From an uncultured Gemmatimonadaceae bacterium (GTDB taxonomy: Bacteria; Gemmatimonadota; Gemmatimonadetes; Gemmatimonadales; Gemmatimonadaceae), in assembly GCA_963740355.1 (NCBI GenBank), contig CAVUDW010000005.1, forward strand, positions 1 to 29,188: a stretch of DNA of 29,188 nucleotides. The letters are read 5' to 3'. The notes beneath the pieces were generated by a model. The model was given only the letters and a program-made list of their open reading frames with translations, was not told the DNA's origin and did no database searches. The translations under genes were made by a program, and so were the position numbers. Within the stretch, counting starts at the first letter, position 1. Each line of letters starts with the position of its first letter. Positions 1 to 10,004 of the stretch are shown piece by piece.

Positions 1-27
1 CGGATGGCTGAGCTCTCTGTCTTGGCA

Positions 28-384
<357 letters not shown>

Positions 385-398
385 GACGACTGTGAACT

Positions 399-425
399 AA
401 AGAGGAGGCCGCGCAACGCACCTCC
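399..425 (-). terminator. Possible hairpin/terminator between the GGDEF gene and ssrA
   Basis: GGAGG...CCTCC stem (404-425) followed on the minus strand by UCUUU. Weak U-tract. Confidence 0.35.
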
Positions 426-429
426 GCCG

Positions 430-2526
430 TCACGCCTCCTCCTCCTCACCGCCCTCTTCCATACCCTCACCGTCACCGGCCTGTTCCGAGTGCAGCGGCC
501 GCGCAAACCGCACGCAATTCCGCCCCTCGCGCTTGGCAGCGTAGAGCGCCTTGTCCGCCGCCGGGAACAGCTCGTCGCCGAGCCGGGCCGTTTCGGGATA
601 CGAGGCCACGCCGAACGACGCCGTCACGTGCACGAGGTGCTCGCCGACCCCGATCGACTTCCCCTCGATGGCGGCCCGCATCCGCTCGGCCACCTCCCAC
701 GCCATCGCGACATCGGCCTTGCCCAGCAGCATCACCAGTTCCTCGCCGCCGTAACGCGCCACGAGGTCCACACCGCGCACGCCCGCCGACAGCGAGGTGG
801 CGATCGATCGGAGCACGTGATCACCGACTTCGTGACCATACAGGTCATTCACGCGCTTGAAGTTGTCGACGTCGCAGACCACCAGCCCGACGTTGTGGCC
901 GAATCGATCGGCCTCGGCCACCGCCCGCGTCAGCGCCTCGTCGAACGCCCGGCGGTTGGCCAGGCCGGTCAGCGCGTCGGTGCGCGCACGACGCGTGGCT
1001 TCCTCGATCTGCCAGACCGTTTCCAGCGACACAGACGCCACCGCCCCGAGCAGCCGCACGTTGCGCATGTCGCGCAGCAGCACACCACCGACCTGCTCGC
1101 TCTCGACCACGATCGCGCCCGTCACGGCGCCACTCTGCTTCATCGGCACGACGCTCAGGCTGCCCAGCTGCGTCACCACATGACCGGCGCTGTAGACCGG
1201 CGTGATCTGCTCGAGCAGCTGTGCATCTTCCCACACTTGCGGCAGTCCCGCCGCGCAGAGCTGTCCGACGAGCGAGTCGGCTGCCACCGGCGCACCACGC
1301 TGCAGGTGATGACCCGACGTGACGCTCTGCATCACACCGGTCGACGTCTCGGGATACCACCGAACGAGCGTCGCACGCGTGGCGCCGGTGACCGTCAGCG
1401 CCGAGTCGCAGATCGACTGGCCGAGCGTGTCGATCGTGCGCTGCTGCTGGAAGACCTGCGATGCCTGCAGCAGTGATTGCGACTGTCGATTCTGCCGGCT
1501 GTACTCCGCCTGCGTTTCCAGCAGTTGCGACAGCAGGCCGAGGTTGTCGGCAAAACGCGGCAACCAGCGCGCGAGCAGTTCGTGCGATACCTTCAGACTC
1601 GACGCGTGCAGCGAGAGGACGCCGCTTGCACTCGTCGGACCTTGTACGGCAACCGCCGCCATCGTCCCCTCACCTGGCCGATCAAACAACGCGACGCGCG
1701 CCGCAGCCTGCACCGCAATCAGTTCGCCACCAAGCTGCTGGTACCCAGTGAGCCACTTGTCCTTTTCGTCGCTCGCCCACGCCACCGGCGCAAGCGAACT
1801 ACCGTTGCGCGTCGCACGCCAGAAGACGGCATCCGTCACGCCGAGGGTGTCGCGGACTTGCCGCAGATACCGGGCAATGGCCTCGATGCGAGTCTGTGCC
1901 TCGATGGCTTCTGACTCGACGAGTGTGCGAACTTCGGTCAGTGAATTCGGAAATTCGAGCGCGGCTTCGGTTGGGCCGGCCGCGAACGCAGGGAGTTCCG
2001 ACAACGTGCGAATGGTGCCGCGCTGCAATGACCGAAGGATGTACACGATGGGCAGGATCGTGACCGTCACGACGATCGCCAGCCCATACGTCAACTCGCT
2101 CAGCGGTGTTGGCGCACCGGCGATCACGGGCGACACCAGTACCACGAACAATGTGCCCGTCGCGCCGAGGAACACGCCACGCCAGCCTGTTGCCACCGTC
2201 GCGCCGAGTGCGCACACACAGGCCGCAACGAATGCGAGCGAGTGCGCGCCGCCGGTCTGCACCGCGATCAACGCCGAGAATGGCGCAACAAGGCTCGAGG
2301 CGTAGCCGAGTGCACGACGGCGACCATCAGTCGTCGTCGGCAGCATCAACAACGAGACCCCACCGGCGATCAACACCGCGAGCGCAGCGATGATGAAATC
2401 CAGTCGTGCCACCTGTGCTGCGGGCACCGGAATGCCAGCCAGCGGAACTGCGACAGCAGACGCCACCAGCCATGGAATGGCGAGCAGCGCGTACTGGAGT
2501 CGGGAGCGCACGGGTGAATGCTTCAC
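430..2526 (-). CDS. Membrane-anchored diguanylate cyclase (N-terminal TM helices, GAF-like domains, GGDEF)
   Basis: Hydrophobic N-terminal ~165 aa and two GAF-like segments. C-terminal TDALTGLANRR, DVDNFKRVNDLYGHEVGD, RxxD I-site (RGVD), ARYGGEEL active site and ADKALYAAK. GTG start uncertain. Confidence 0.9.
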   Translation of the reverse strand: MKHSPVRSRLQYALLAIPWLVASAVAVPLAGIPVPAAQVARLDFIIAALAVLIAGGVSLLMLPTTTDGRRRALGYASSLVAPFSALIAVQTGGAHSLAFVAACVCALGATVATGWRGVFLGATGTLFVVLVSPVIAGAPTPLSELTYGLAIVVTVTILPIVYILRSLQRGTIRTLSELPAFAAGPTEAALEFPNSLTEVRTLVESEAIEAQTRIEAIARYLRQVRDTLGVTDAVFWRATRNGSSLAPVAWASDEKDKWLTGYQQLGGELIAVQAAARVALFDRPGEGTMAAVAVQGPTSASGVLSLHASSLKVSHELLARWLPRFADNLGLLSQLLETQAEYSRQNRQSQSLLQASQVFQQQRTIDTLGQSICDSALTVTGATRATLVRWYPETSTGVMQSVTSGHHLQRGAPVAADSLVGQLCAAGLPQVWEDAQLLEQITPVYSAGHVVTQLGSLSVVPMKQSGAVTGAIVVESEQVGGVLLRDMRNVRLLGAVASVSLETVWQIEEATRRARTDALTGLANRRAFDEALTRAVAEADRFGHNVGLVVCDVDNFKRVNDLYGHEVGDHVLRSIATSLSAGVRGVDLVARYGGEELVMLLGKADVAMAWEVAERMRAAIEGKSIGVGEHLVHVTASFGVASYPETARLGDELFPAADKALYAAKREGRNCVRFARPLHSEQAGDGEGMEEGGEEEEA

Positions 2527-2728
2527 GATGACGGTATGGAACGTCCGGGGATGTTGGTGGACATCACCGGCAAGAGGTGTCCGAATTGCAAAGGTCGGCA
2601 GCTGCGAGCAAACGCATGAACGTGCGTCACCGCGGGAACCGGCCTGAGCCAGTCCAGCAGCGAATCACCATCTGGACGACTGACCCCACCCGAGGGCACG
2701 GGCGGACGAGCAGCGGTCCGACCGTCGA

Positions 2729-3769
2729 TCAGCCTTCGGCGTCCTGCGTTGCGACGGCCGTCACCGGCGATTCTGCGGTGTGCGACTCGAGGTACCGCTG
2801 ACGATTCTGGAGGTAGTCGGCGAAGATGTCTTCCACCTGACTCAACGAATCGACCTGATGAAGCCGCTCACGCAGCTTGGCTGAGCCTGGCAAACCTTTG
2901 CAATACCAGCCCAGGTGCTTCCGGAACTCGATGGCCGCACCGCGGCGGTCCACCTCGTAGACGTCGGCCATACGGGCGTGGCGGATGGCGATCTCGAATC
3001 GCTCCTCGACCCCAGGGGCCGGGGGCGGTGTCCGTCCCTCGAGCAGCGCCCTGGCCTGATCGAAGATCCACGGCTGACCGAACGAGCCACGCGCAATCAT
3101 CACGGCGTCGCACCCCGTCTCGACGCGCATCCGAAGGGCGTCCTCGGCGGTCTTGATGTCGCCGTTGCCGATGACCGGAATGGACAGCGCAGCCTTGACG
3201 GCCGCGATCTCGTCCCAGTGGGCGTGCCCGCTGTACATCTGCGTGCGTGTACGAGGGTGCAGCGCAAGCGCGCGCGCCCCAGCGTCCTGACAGCGGAGCG
3301 CAATCGTGACCGGATCACGCATCTCCTCGTTCCAGCCGCTGCGGATCTTGACCGTGACTGGCAGGTGCGTGCTGGCGGCAACGGCCCGGATGACCGTCTG
3401 TACGAGGTCGAGGTCGCGAAGGCAGCCGGAGCCGCCATTCCGCCGAACGACCTTCTTCACCGGGCACCCGAAGTTGATGTCGACGAAATCCGGCTGGAAC
3501 ACGTCGGTCACCAGCGCCGCCGCCTCGCCCATCGCGACCGGATCGGCGCCGAAGATCTGGACGCCGATCGGGTGCTCCTCCGGCAAGAACCGGAGCTTGG
3601 CGATCGTCGCCTCATTCTCCCGGCGAATCCCCTCTGCCGACAGGAATTCCGTCACGACCACGTCGGCCCCGTGCGTCCGGCAGAGCCTCCGAAACGGCGA
3701 TTCAGAGACGCCAGCCATCGGCGCGAGGATCAGCGGCACAGCGTGCCCGACGGGATACGGAAATTCCAT
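2729..3769 (-). CDS. dusB: tRNA-dihydrouridine synthase (DusB/NifR3 family)
   Basis: LAPMAGVS, QIFG, DINFGCPVKKV, VTVKIRSGW, GNGDI and MIARG motifs. Start reassigned to ATG 3769 (MEFPYP), because the ORF-track extension to 3949 is non-homologous and overlaps the divergent gene. Confidence 0.93.
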   Translation of the reverse strand: MEFPYPVGHAVPLILAPMAGVSESPFRRLCRTHGADVVVTEFLSAEGIRRENEATIAKLRFLPEEHPIGVQIFGADPVAMGEAAALVTDVFQPDFVDINFGCPVKKVVRRNGGSGCLRDLDLVQTVIRAVAASTHLPVTVKIRSGWNEEMRDPVTIALRCQDAGARALALHPRTRTQMYSGHAHWDEIAAVKAALSIPVIGNGDIKTAEDALRMRVETGCDAVMIARGSFGQPWIFDQARALLEGRTPPPAPGVEERFEIAIRHARMADVYEVDRRGAAIEFRKHLGWYCKGLPGSAKLRERLHQVDSLSQVEDIFADYLQNRQRYLESHTAESPVTAVATQDAEG

Positions 3770-3775
3770 CGATGG

Positions 3776-3805
3776 AAGATACCCGGAAAGGGCAATTCCG
3801 TGCAG
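3776..3805 (-). promoter_or_regulatory. Putative sigma70-type promoter giving a leaderless dusB mRNA
   Basis: -10 TATCTT (3776-3781) lies 6 nt before the ATG. Weak -35 CTGCAC at 18 nt spacing. No SD. Confidence 0.5.
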
Positions 3806-3814
3806 TTTCGTCGT

Positions 3815-3843
3815 TTGACACCCCTCTGGCGGGCGGGTACCTT
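3815..3843 (+). promoter_or_regulatory. sigma70 promoter of the PTS EIIA gene
   Basis: TTGACA (3815-3820), 17 nt spacer, TACCTT (3838-3843). Confidence 0.75.
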
Positions 3844-3924
3844 CGCCTGTTCCCCGGGGTGGTACCACTTCCCCCGCCACCCGTTCGACACGGCTCGGCG
3901 ATGACGGCCGAATCAAGGAACCCG

Positions 3925-4377
3925 ATGGAACTGCGCGAGTTTTTCTCACTGGATGCCGTACAGCTCGACCTGAAGGGCACGACCAAGGACGACGTTCTGA
4001 AGGAGCTGATCGGGCTCCTCAAGCTCGACGAGAAGTCCGAGGGCATGCTGTTCAAGATGCTGAAGCGCCGTGAGAACCTCGGGTCGACGGGCATCGGCCG
4101 CGGCATCGCGATCCCGCACTGTCGGTCGCTGGTGGTGAACAAGCTCCGCGTGGCTTTCGGCCGGAAGCCCGATGGTGTCGACTTCAAGGCGATGGACGAC
4201 AAGCCCGTCCACTTCCTGTTCCTGATCGTCGCGCCGCCGCTCGAGGTCTCCAATCAGTACCTCCCGGTACTGGGCAAGATCGCGCAGTTCGGGAAGGAAG
4301 CGGACGTGCCTGAAAAGTTGACAGCGCTGCAGTCACCAGAAGACTTCATGCGGCTGCTCGCCGAAAAGGACCTTTAA
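3925..4377 (+). CDS. Stand-alone PTS EIIA component (PtsN/fructose-mannitol EIIA fold)
   Basis: RRENLGSTGIGRGIAIPH with the phospho-His, DFKAMDDKPVHFLFLI. ATG 3925 is preceded by AAGGAA. Confidence 0.9.
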   Translation: MELREFFSLDAVQLDLKGTTKDDVLKELIGLLKLDEKSEGMLFKMLKRRENLGSTGIGRGIAIPHCRSLVVNKLRVAFGRKPDGVDFKAMDDKPVHFLFLIVAPPLEVSNQYLPVLGKIAQFGKEADVPEKLTALQSPEDFMRLLAEKDL

Positions 4378-4498
4378 GCCCCGGTCTCGCTTCACTGATC
4401 GAAGGGTGCCTGCCGCCACCGGCAGCATGCCGTGGCGGCTCCCGAAAAACCCTCGGCGATGACGTGACCTGCCGAGGCCGCCCGGAGTCATTGGCGGC

Positions 4499-6707
4499 AT
4501 GCGAGAACCAGTCTCTTCGGACTACCGACACGACATCGACGGCCTGCGCGCCATCGCGGTCCTGTTGGTGATCGTGCACCATGTCGCCCCGCAGCTGTTG
4601 CCGGGGGGATTCATTGGTGTCGACGTGTTCTTCGTCATCTCCGGCTATCTGATGACAGGTATCCTCGATCGATCGATGCGAGATGGCTCGTACCGATTTG
4701 TCGAGTTCGTGTGGAAGCGCTGCCGACGCATCGTGCCGGCGCTCGTCACGGTGCTGGCTGCCACCCTGGTTGTTGGCGCCTGCATCATGACCGGGCCTGA
4801 GTACGTCAACCTTGGCCGTCATCTCGTCGCAGGCAGCCTCTCGGCTTCCAACCTGCTGCTGTGGAGTGAGGTCGGCTACTTCGACACCAGCGCTGCGGTG
4901 AAGCCGTTGCTCCACCTCTGGTCACTAGGTGTCGAGGAGCAGTTCTACCTTGTCTGGCCATTGCTGCTCTCGGTGTTACCGCTCGCTCGACGAGTGCGGC
5001 TGCTTGCGATCCTGGCCATCGTGGCGTTGTCCCTGCTCGTCAGCGAAGATCTCGCGTACGCTGAGCCTTCGCAGGCGTTCTACATGCTTCACTCGCGCGC
5101 GTGGGAGCTGGGCGTCGGTGCGTTAGTCGCACTGGCGATGCCAATCTCGACGTCGTCTGACGGCGAGGTGTCGGATCGCCAACGCCTGCTGCGTGGAATC
5201 GCGGCGGTGTTCGGTGTTGGGCTCATCGTGCACGCAGCGTGGCGCACGACGGCTGCCGATGCGTGGCCTGGACTGACAGCAATAGCACCGGTACTTGGAA
5301 CGGCGCTGGTCATTGCGGCGGGGCCGCGCACGTTGGTCAGCCGACACCTTCTTTCGGGCCAGTCGCAGACGCTGGCTTGGTCAGCGAAGCTATTCGTTGT
5401 ACCTGTGGCACTGGCCACCGCTCGCGTTTCTTCACATCCTCGCTGCAGACCACAGCTGGTCTGGGAATGTTGTGCAGTGGGCTGCCGTCCTGCTCATGGT
5501 GCCCGTGTTCGTACTGGCGCACGCGACGCTGATCTTCGTGGAGCGCCCAGCGCGACACCGTGCCGCACGGGTTCAGTCGCGGGTGACGATATCCGCGCGT
5601 CACCTGAGACCGTACGGTTTCGCGCTGGTGGCGGTCGCTGCGACCGCCATGGCCGTGGTTCAGGGTCGCGGTCTTCCCGCACGTTATGGCGGCGCCGGCA
5701 CGGATGTCGCCGCGGCGATGCGTGACGCGTCACCTGACTCCATCACCGCATACGGCGCGCATGCGTCGCGCTGTCACCTCGCTGACAAGGGAAACGCCAC
5801 CTGGTGCTGGCGGACGCCGGGCATTGGCAAGGGCATCGCTGTCTTCGGCGACAGCCATGCCGAGGTCATCTTCGCCGGAATCGATGCGTGGCATTCCACG
5901 GCGCCGTTGTTCCTCACTGGGCGCAAGGGCTGTGCACCAATTCTCCAGCAGGAAGCCATCGCGGATCGCGAAGCGGAGATTTGCAGGCGAGCGGCGAACC
6001 TGGCCGCCAACGCCATACTCGCGGACACGTCGATCGGCACCGTGCTGCTCGTCTCGCGAGGCCCGGCGTACATCACCGGCACGGGATTCGGTGTGGACTC
6101 GCAGCGGCGCGTGGTTCCCGTCGCGTTGCAACGATCGCCGGCAGATTCGGCGAGCCTCCGGCGGGCCTACGAGTCCGGACTGGAACGCAGCGTTCAGGCG
6201 TTCAGCCGGGCCGGCAAGCGCGTGCTGCTCGTGATCGGCGTTCCTGAGCTTGGCTTCCAGCCAGAGGAGTGCCTCATCGGGCGCCCGCTCGGCTTGCGTG
6301 AGTTGCGGGCGCCGTGCGCCATTCCGCGCGTCCGCGTCGAAGAAAGAAACGCGGACTATCGCGCGCTGGTCCGGGCGATAGCGACGCGCAATCCATCGCT
6401 GGAAGTCTTCGACGCACAATCCATCTTCTGTGATGACGTGTTGTGCCATGCAGAGCAAGGCTCGCGTTTACTGTATCAGGACGGCAACCACCTGACCCTG
6501 CTCGGCAGCCGACTCGTCACACGCCGGCTGCAAACCGTCCTCGATCGCACGCCAACGGCGACGCGAGCTCGCAATCGCGGCGCGGTAGCGCAGCGTCGCC
6601 AGGTGCTGTTGCAGGCGGTCCCGCAGACCGCCTGCCGACGTTCAACGCTGGGTGCTTCCCCTTACTCCCACTCGATCGTCGCGGGCGGCTTCGAGCTGAT
6701 GTCGTAG
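4499..6707 (+). CDS. AT3-SGNH O-acyltransferase (OafA/OatA-like), split by a frameshift near 5355-5370; 3' end uncertain
   Basis: Frame 1: [43 protein letters not shown]. Frame 2 continues [15 protein letters not shown], then an SGNH domain (GDSHA ... DGNHL). GGAG upstream. The read-through into the guaA 3' end may reflect a second indel. Confidence 0.85.
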
Positions 6708-8203
6708 ACGACACGATTGACGCCGTCCACTTCGTTGATGATGCGATTGGAGATGCGTCCGAGCACGTCATATGGGAATGGGAACCAGTCGGCCGTCATC
6801 CCGTCGGTGCTGGTGACTGCCCGCAGTGCAATGACGTGTTCGTAGGTCCGTCCATCTCCCATGACACCAACCGATCGCACGGGCAGGAACACTGCGAAAG
6901 CCTGCCAGATATCGGGATACAATCCCGCCGCGCGAATCTCCTCGAGGTAGATCGCGTCCGACTTTCGCAGGATGTCGAGCGCATGTTCGTTGACCTCGCC
7001 GAGAATGCGGATGGCGAGCCCTGGGCCGGGGAACGGATGCCGACCGACCATTTCTTCCGGCAGCCCAAGTTCGCGTCCGACATTGCGCACTTCGTCCTTG
7101 AACAGTTCGCGCAGCGGTTCGATCAGCTTGAACTGCATGTCGGCCGGAAGTCCGCCCACGTTGTGATGCGTCTTGATGGTCGCCGACGGACCACCGGTCG
7201 CACTGACGGACTCGATCACATCCGGATAGAGCGTTCCCTGCACCAGGAACTTCGCGTCCTTGCCGGCGTCTTCGCTCGCCTGCTCGAACACGCGGATGAA
7301 GGTTGCACCGATCTTCTTCCGCTTGATCTCAGGCTCGGCATGCCCTTTGAGTTCGTCGAGGAACTGCTTTTCCGCACGTACGGTGATCAGCTTGATGCCG
7401 AGCCCGGACTGAAACGTGCGCTCGACCTGCTCCCGTTCGTGCAGGCGCAACAGGCCTGTGTCGACGAAGATGCAGGTCAGTTGATCACCGATCGCCTTGT
7501 GCACGAGTGCGGCCGCCACGGCGCTGTCCACGCCGCCTGACAGTCCGCAGATCACCTGCGCGTCACCGACACGCTCACGAATGCTCGCAATCTGCTGGTC
7601 GATGAAATGGCCGGGCGTCCAGTCGGCCGTGCAGTGACACACCTCGAAGAGGAAGTTCTGCAGCATCTCAGCGCCGCGGACGCTGTGCATCACCTCGGCG
7701 TGGAATTGCACGGCGTGAATCGGCTTGGTCTGGTGCCGGAATCCTGCGACCGTGGAGCCGCTGCGCGCAGTCTGCACATATCCTGGCGGCACCGTTTCGA
7801 CATGATCGCCGTGACTCATCCAGACCTGCGACTTGTCACCGACATCGAAGCCAGCGAACATGCCGGCTGATTCCATCACTTCGACATCGGCGCGGCCATA
7901 CTCGCGTCGTCCGCCGCCGATCACGCTGCCGCCCTGCAGGTGCGCGATCAACTGCATGCCGTAGCAGACGCCCAGCACCGGGGCCACGTCCAGCAATGCG
8001 GGATCGATCGTCGGCGCGCCGACGTCACTCACCGAGCTGGGACCGCCGCTGAGGATGATGCCGGTCGGGTTCCAGTCCTTGATCCATTGCAACGAGCGCG
8101 TCGCGGGATGGATCTCGGAAAAGACGCGCGCCTCGCGCACGCGGCGCGCGATCAACTGCGTGAACTGCGATCCGCAGTCAATGATCAGGATACGACTGCT
8201 CAC
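6662..8203 (-). CDS. guaA: GMP synthase (glutamine-hydrolysing)
   Basis: [58 protein letters not shown] start at 8203 overlaps the upstream stop (GTGA), with GGAG SD. Confidence 0.97.
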   Translation of the reverse strand: MSSRILIIDCGSQFTQLIARRVREARVFSEIHPATRSLQWIKDWNPTGIILSGGPSSVSDVGAPTIDPALLDVAPVLGVCYGMQLIAHLQGGSVIGGGRREYGRADVEVMESAGMFAGFDVGDKSQVWMSHGDHVETVPPGYVQTARSGSTVAGFRHQTKPIHAVQFHAEVMHSVRGAEMLQNFLFEVCHCTADWTPGHFIDQQIASIRERVGDAQVICGLSGGVDSAVAAALVHKAIGDQLTCIFVDTGLLRLHEREQVERTFQSGLGIKLITVRAEKQFLDELKGHAEPEIKRKKIGATFIRVFEQASEDAGKDAKFLVQGTLYPDVIESVSATGGPSATIKTHHNVGGLPADMQFKLIEPLRELFKDEVRNVGRELGLPEEMVGRHPFPGPGLAIRILGEVNEHALDILRKSDAIYLEEIRAAGLYPDIWQAFAVFLPVRSVGVMGDGRTYEHVIALRAVTSTDGMTADWFPFPYDVLGRISNRIINEVDGVNRVVYDISSKPPATIEWE

Positions 8204-8712
8204 CGGTTGCTCCAGTTGGCATCGGTCAACTTGATGATCTCGACCTGTCGCGTGTCGAGATCGAGAATGGCAGCTGTCGGCGATCCGTGCAGCCACCCGC
8301 ACGCCTCTCCCGGATTGACGATCAGCGTCTTGCCGCGCGTCTTCATTTCCTCGCGATGCGTGAACCCATGCACCACGATGTCATGCGACTCGAGCGAACG
8401 GGGCCCTGCCTCGTTCAGGTCGTGCACGACGAGAATGCTCTTCCCCATCAGGTCGAAGCTGTGGGGCGACTCGAACAGCTCCGAGCCCAGCCCGGTCATC
8501 GCCATGGCGCGCAGCGCCTCATGGTCACCGTCGTTCCGACCGAACACGCCGTTGAGCGCCAACTGCAAGTCCTGAATCGGCTTGAGACTGAACGGTGAGC
8601 AGTAGTCACCAGCGTGGATCACATAACCAACACCACCTGCCGCCATCCGCTTCGCCAGCTCGGCAACGGCATCGATGCGATCGTGTGTGTCTGCCATCAG
8701 TCCAATGCGCAT
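8200..8712 (-). CDS. Calcineurin-like metallophosphoesterase, YfcE/MJ0936 family
   Basis: DTHD, HAGD, GRND, VVH, GFTH and NPGE motifs in the family order. Translationally coupled to lysA and guaA. Confidence 0.85.
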   Translation of the reverse strand: MRIGLMADTHDRIDAVAELAKRMAAGGVGYVIHAGDYCSPFSLKPIQDLQLALNGVFGRNDGDHEALRAMAMTGLGSELFESPHSFDLMGKSILVVHDLNEAGPRSLESHDIVVHGFTHREEMKTRGKTLIVNPGEACGWLHGSPTAAILDLDTRQVEIIKLTDANWSNR

Positions 8713-10004
8713 CAGGCAGACCTCCAGTGCGGGGTAAGGTGCTCGTTGCGCACCAGGTCATCGTACGACTCTCGCACGGTGGCGACGCCCCATCGATCGC
8801 CATCCACCAGCACCTCGGCGGGGCGTGACCGGGAGTTGTAGTTCGAACTCATCACATAGCCATAGGCGCCAGCGTTGCGCACCGCGAGCAGCACGCCGGA
8901 CGACACGTCCGGCATCGGGCGATCGAGCGCGAGAAAATCGCCACTCTCGCAGACGGGCCCAACGACGTCCACCGTTTGTGACGTGGCTGTCGTCGGCAGC
9001 ACGGTTTCGATCTCGTGATGCGCCTCGTAGTGCGACGGGCGCAACAGGTCGTTCATGCCAGCGTCCACGATCATGAAATGCTTCGAGCCACTCTCCTTGC
9101 GGTAGAGCACCTCGGTGAGCAGCACGCCGGCCTCGGCAACGAGGAAACGCCCGGGCTCCACGATCAGCTCGACGCCAGCGTCCCCGAACGTCTCGCGGAG
9201 CACCCGGGCAAATGCAACCAAATCAGCCACCGGCTCACCATCGAAGTATGCGACCGGGAATCCACCGCCAACGTCGATCATGCGGAGGGTCGTGATGCCT
9301 TCGCCGCGCACCGCGTCAAGCAATGCGCGCAAGCGCTGCTGCGCGTCAGCGAACGCAGCCACCTCGGCGATCTGTGAGCCGATGTGCATGTCGAGGCCGA
9401 CGAGTTCGATGCCTGGCAGCATCGCGGCGCGCTTGGCGGCGTCGATGCCGCGCACGATCGGAATGCCGAACTTGGTTCCTTCCTCGCCGGTCGCGATGTA
9501 GGCGTGGCCCGCCGTGACGTTGACGACGCCGGGATTGATGCGAAGCGACACCGGCGCCACGACACCGCGCGCGGTCGCCACCTCGGACAGCACCTCGAGC
9601 TCGGCCTCACTTTCGACGTTCACACACCGCACACCCACATCGAGCGCATTCTCGAGATCGAGCCGCGTCTTGCCGACGCCCGCGAAGACGATGTCGCCGC
9701 CGCTGAAGCCGGCCAGTCGGGCGCGGTGCAGTTCGCCCGCCGACACGACATCGACACCGGCGCCGCACTCGCGCACCACGGTCAGCAGCGCGAGGTTCGA
9801 ATTCGCCTTCATTGCGTAGTGGATGTGCACCGGCAGCCCAACCAGCGCCGCCGCCAGGCGCGCGTAGGCGCTTCGAACTGCCGCCGCCGAGTAGACGTAC
9901 GTTGGCGTCCCGACGGCGGCAGCGATCGCGGTGAGCGACACGTCGTCGCACACCAGCTCATCGTCACGCCGCCAGAACCCAGTGGTCAGTACGCCTTCGC
10001 CCAT
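8712..10004 (-). CDS. lysA: Diaminopimelate decarboxylase
   Basis: YAMKANSN (PLP Lys), [29 protein letters not shown]. Start uncertain: ATG 10004 overlaps the proS end by 19 nt. Confidence 0.95.
   Translation of the reverse strand: MGEGVLTTGFWRRDDELVCDDVSLTAIAAAVGTPTYVYSAAAVRSAYARLAAALVGLPVHIHYAMKANSNLALLTVVRECGAGVDVVSAGELHRARLAGFSGGDIVFAGVGKTRLDLENALDVGVRCVNVESEAELEVLSEVATARGVVAPVSLRINPGVVNVTAGHAYIATGEEGTKFGIPIVRGIDAAKRAAMLPGIELVGLDMHIGSQIAEVAAFADAQQRLRALLDAVRGEGITTLRMIDVGGGFPVAYFDGEPVADLVAFARVLRETFGDAGVELIVEPGRFLVAEAGVLLTEVLYRKESGSKHFMIVDAGMNDLLRPSHYEAHHEIETVLPTTATSQTVDVVGPVCESGDFLALDRPMPDVSSGVLLAVRNAGAYGYVMSSNYNSRSRPAEVLVDGDRWGVATVRESYDDLVRNEHLTPHWRSA

Noticed and set aside
2527..2728. 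c-di-GMP riboswitch or sigma54 promoter upstream of the GGDEF gene
   Set aside because: I could not find class I/II c-di-GMP riboswitch consensus elements or a proper -24/-12 motif. Only short generic hairpins are present.
5341..5375. Phase-variable tract at the acyltransferase frameshift
   Set aside because: No homopolymer over 3 nt or meaningful tandem repeat, and similar indels occur in essential genes in this window.
7695..7712. GuaA QFHAE instead of QFHPE
   Set aside because: Catalytic His and Glu are retained, so it is a minor variant.
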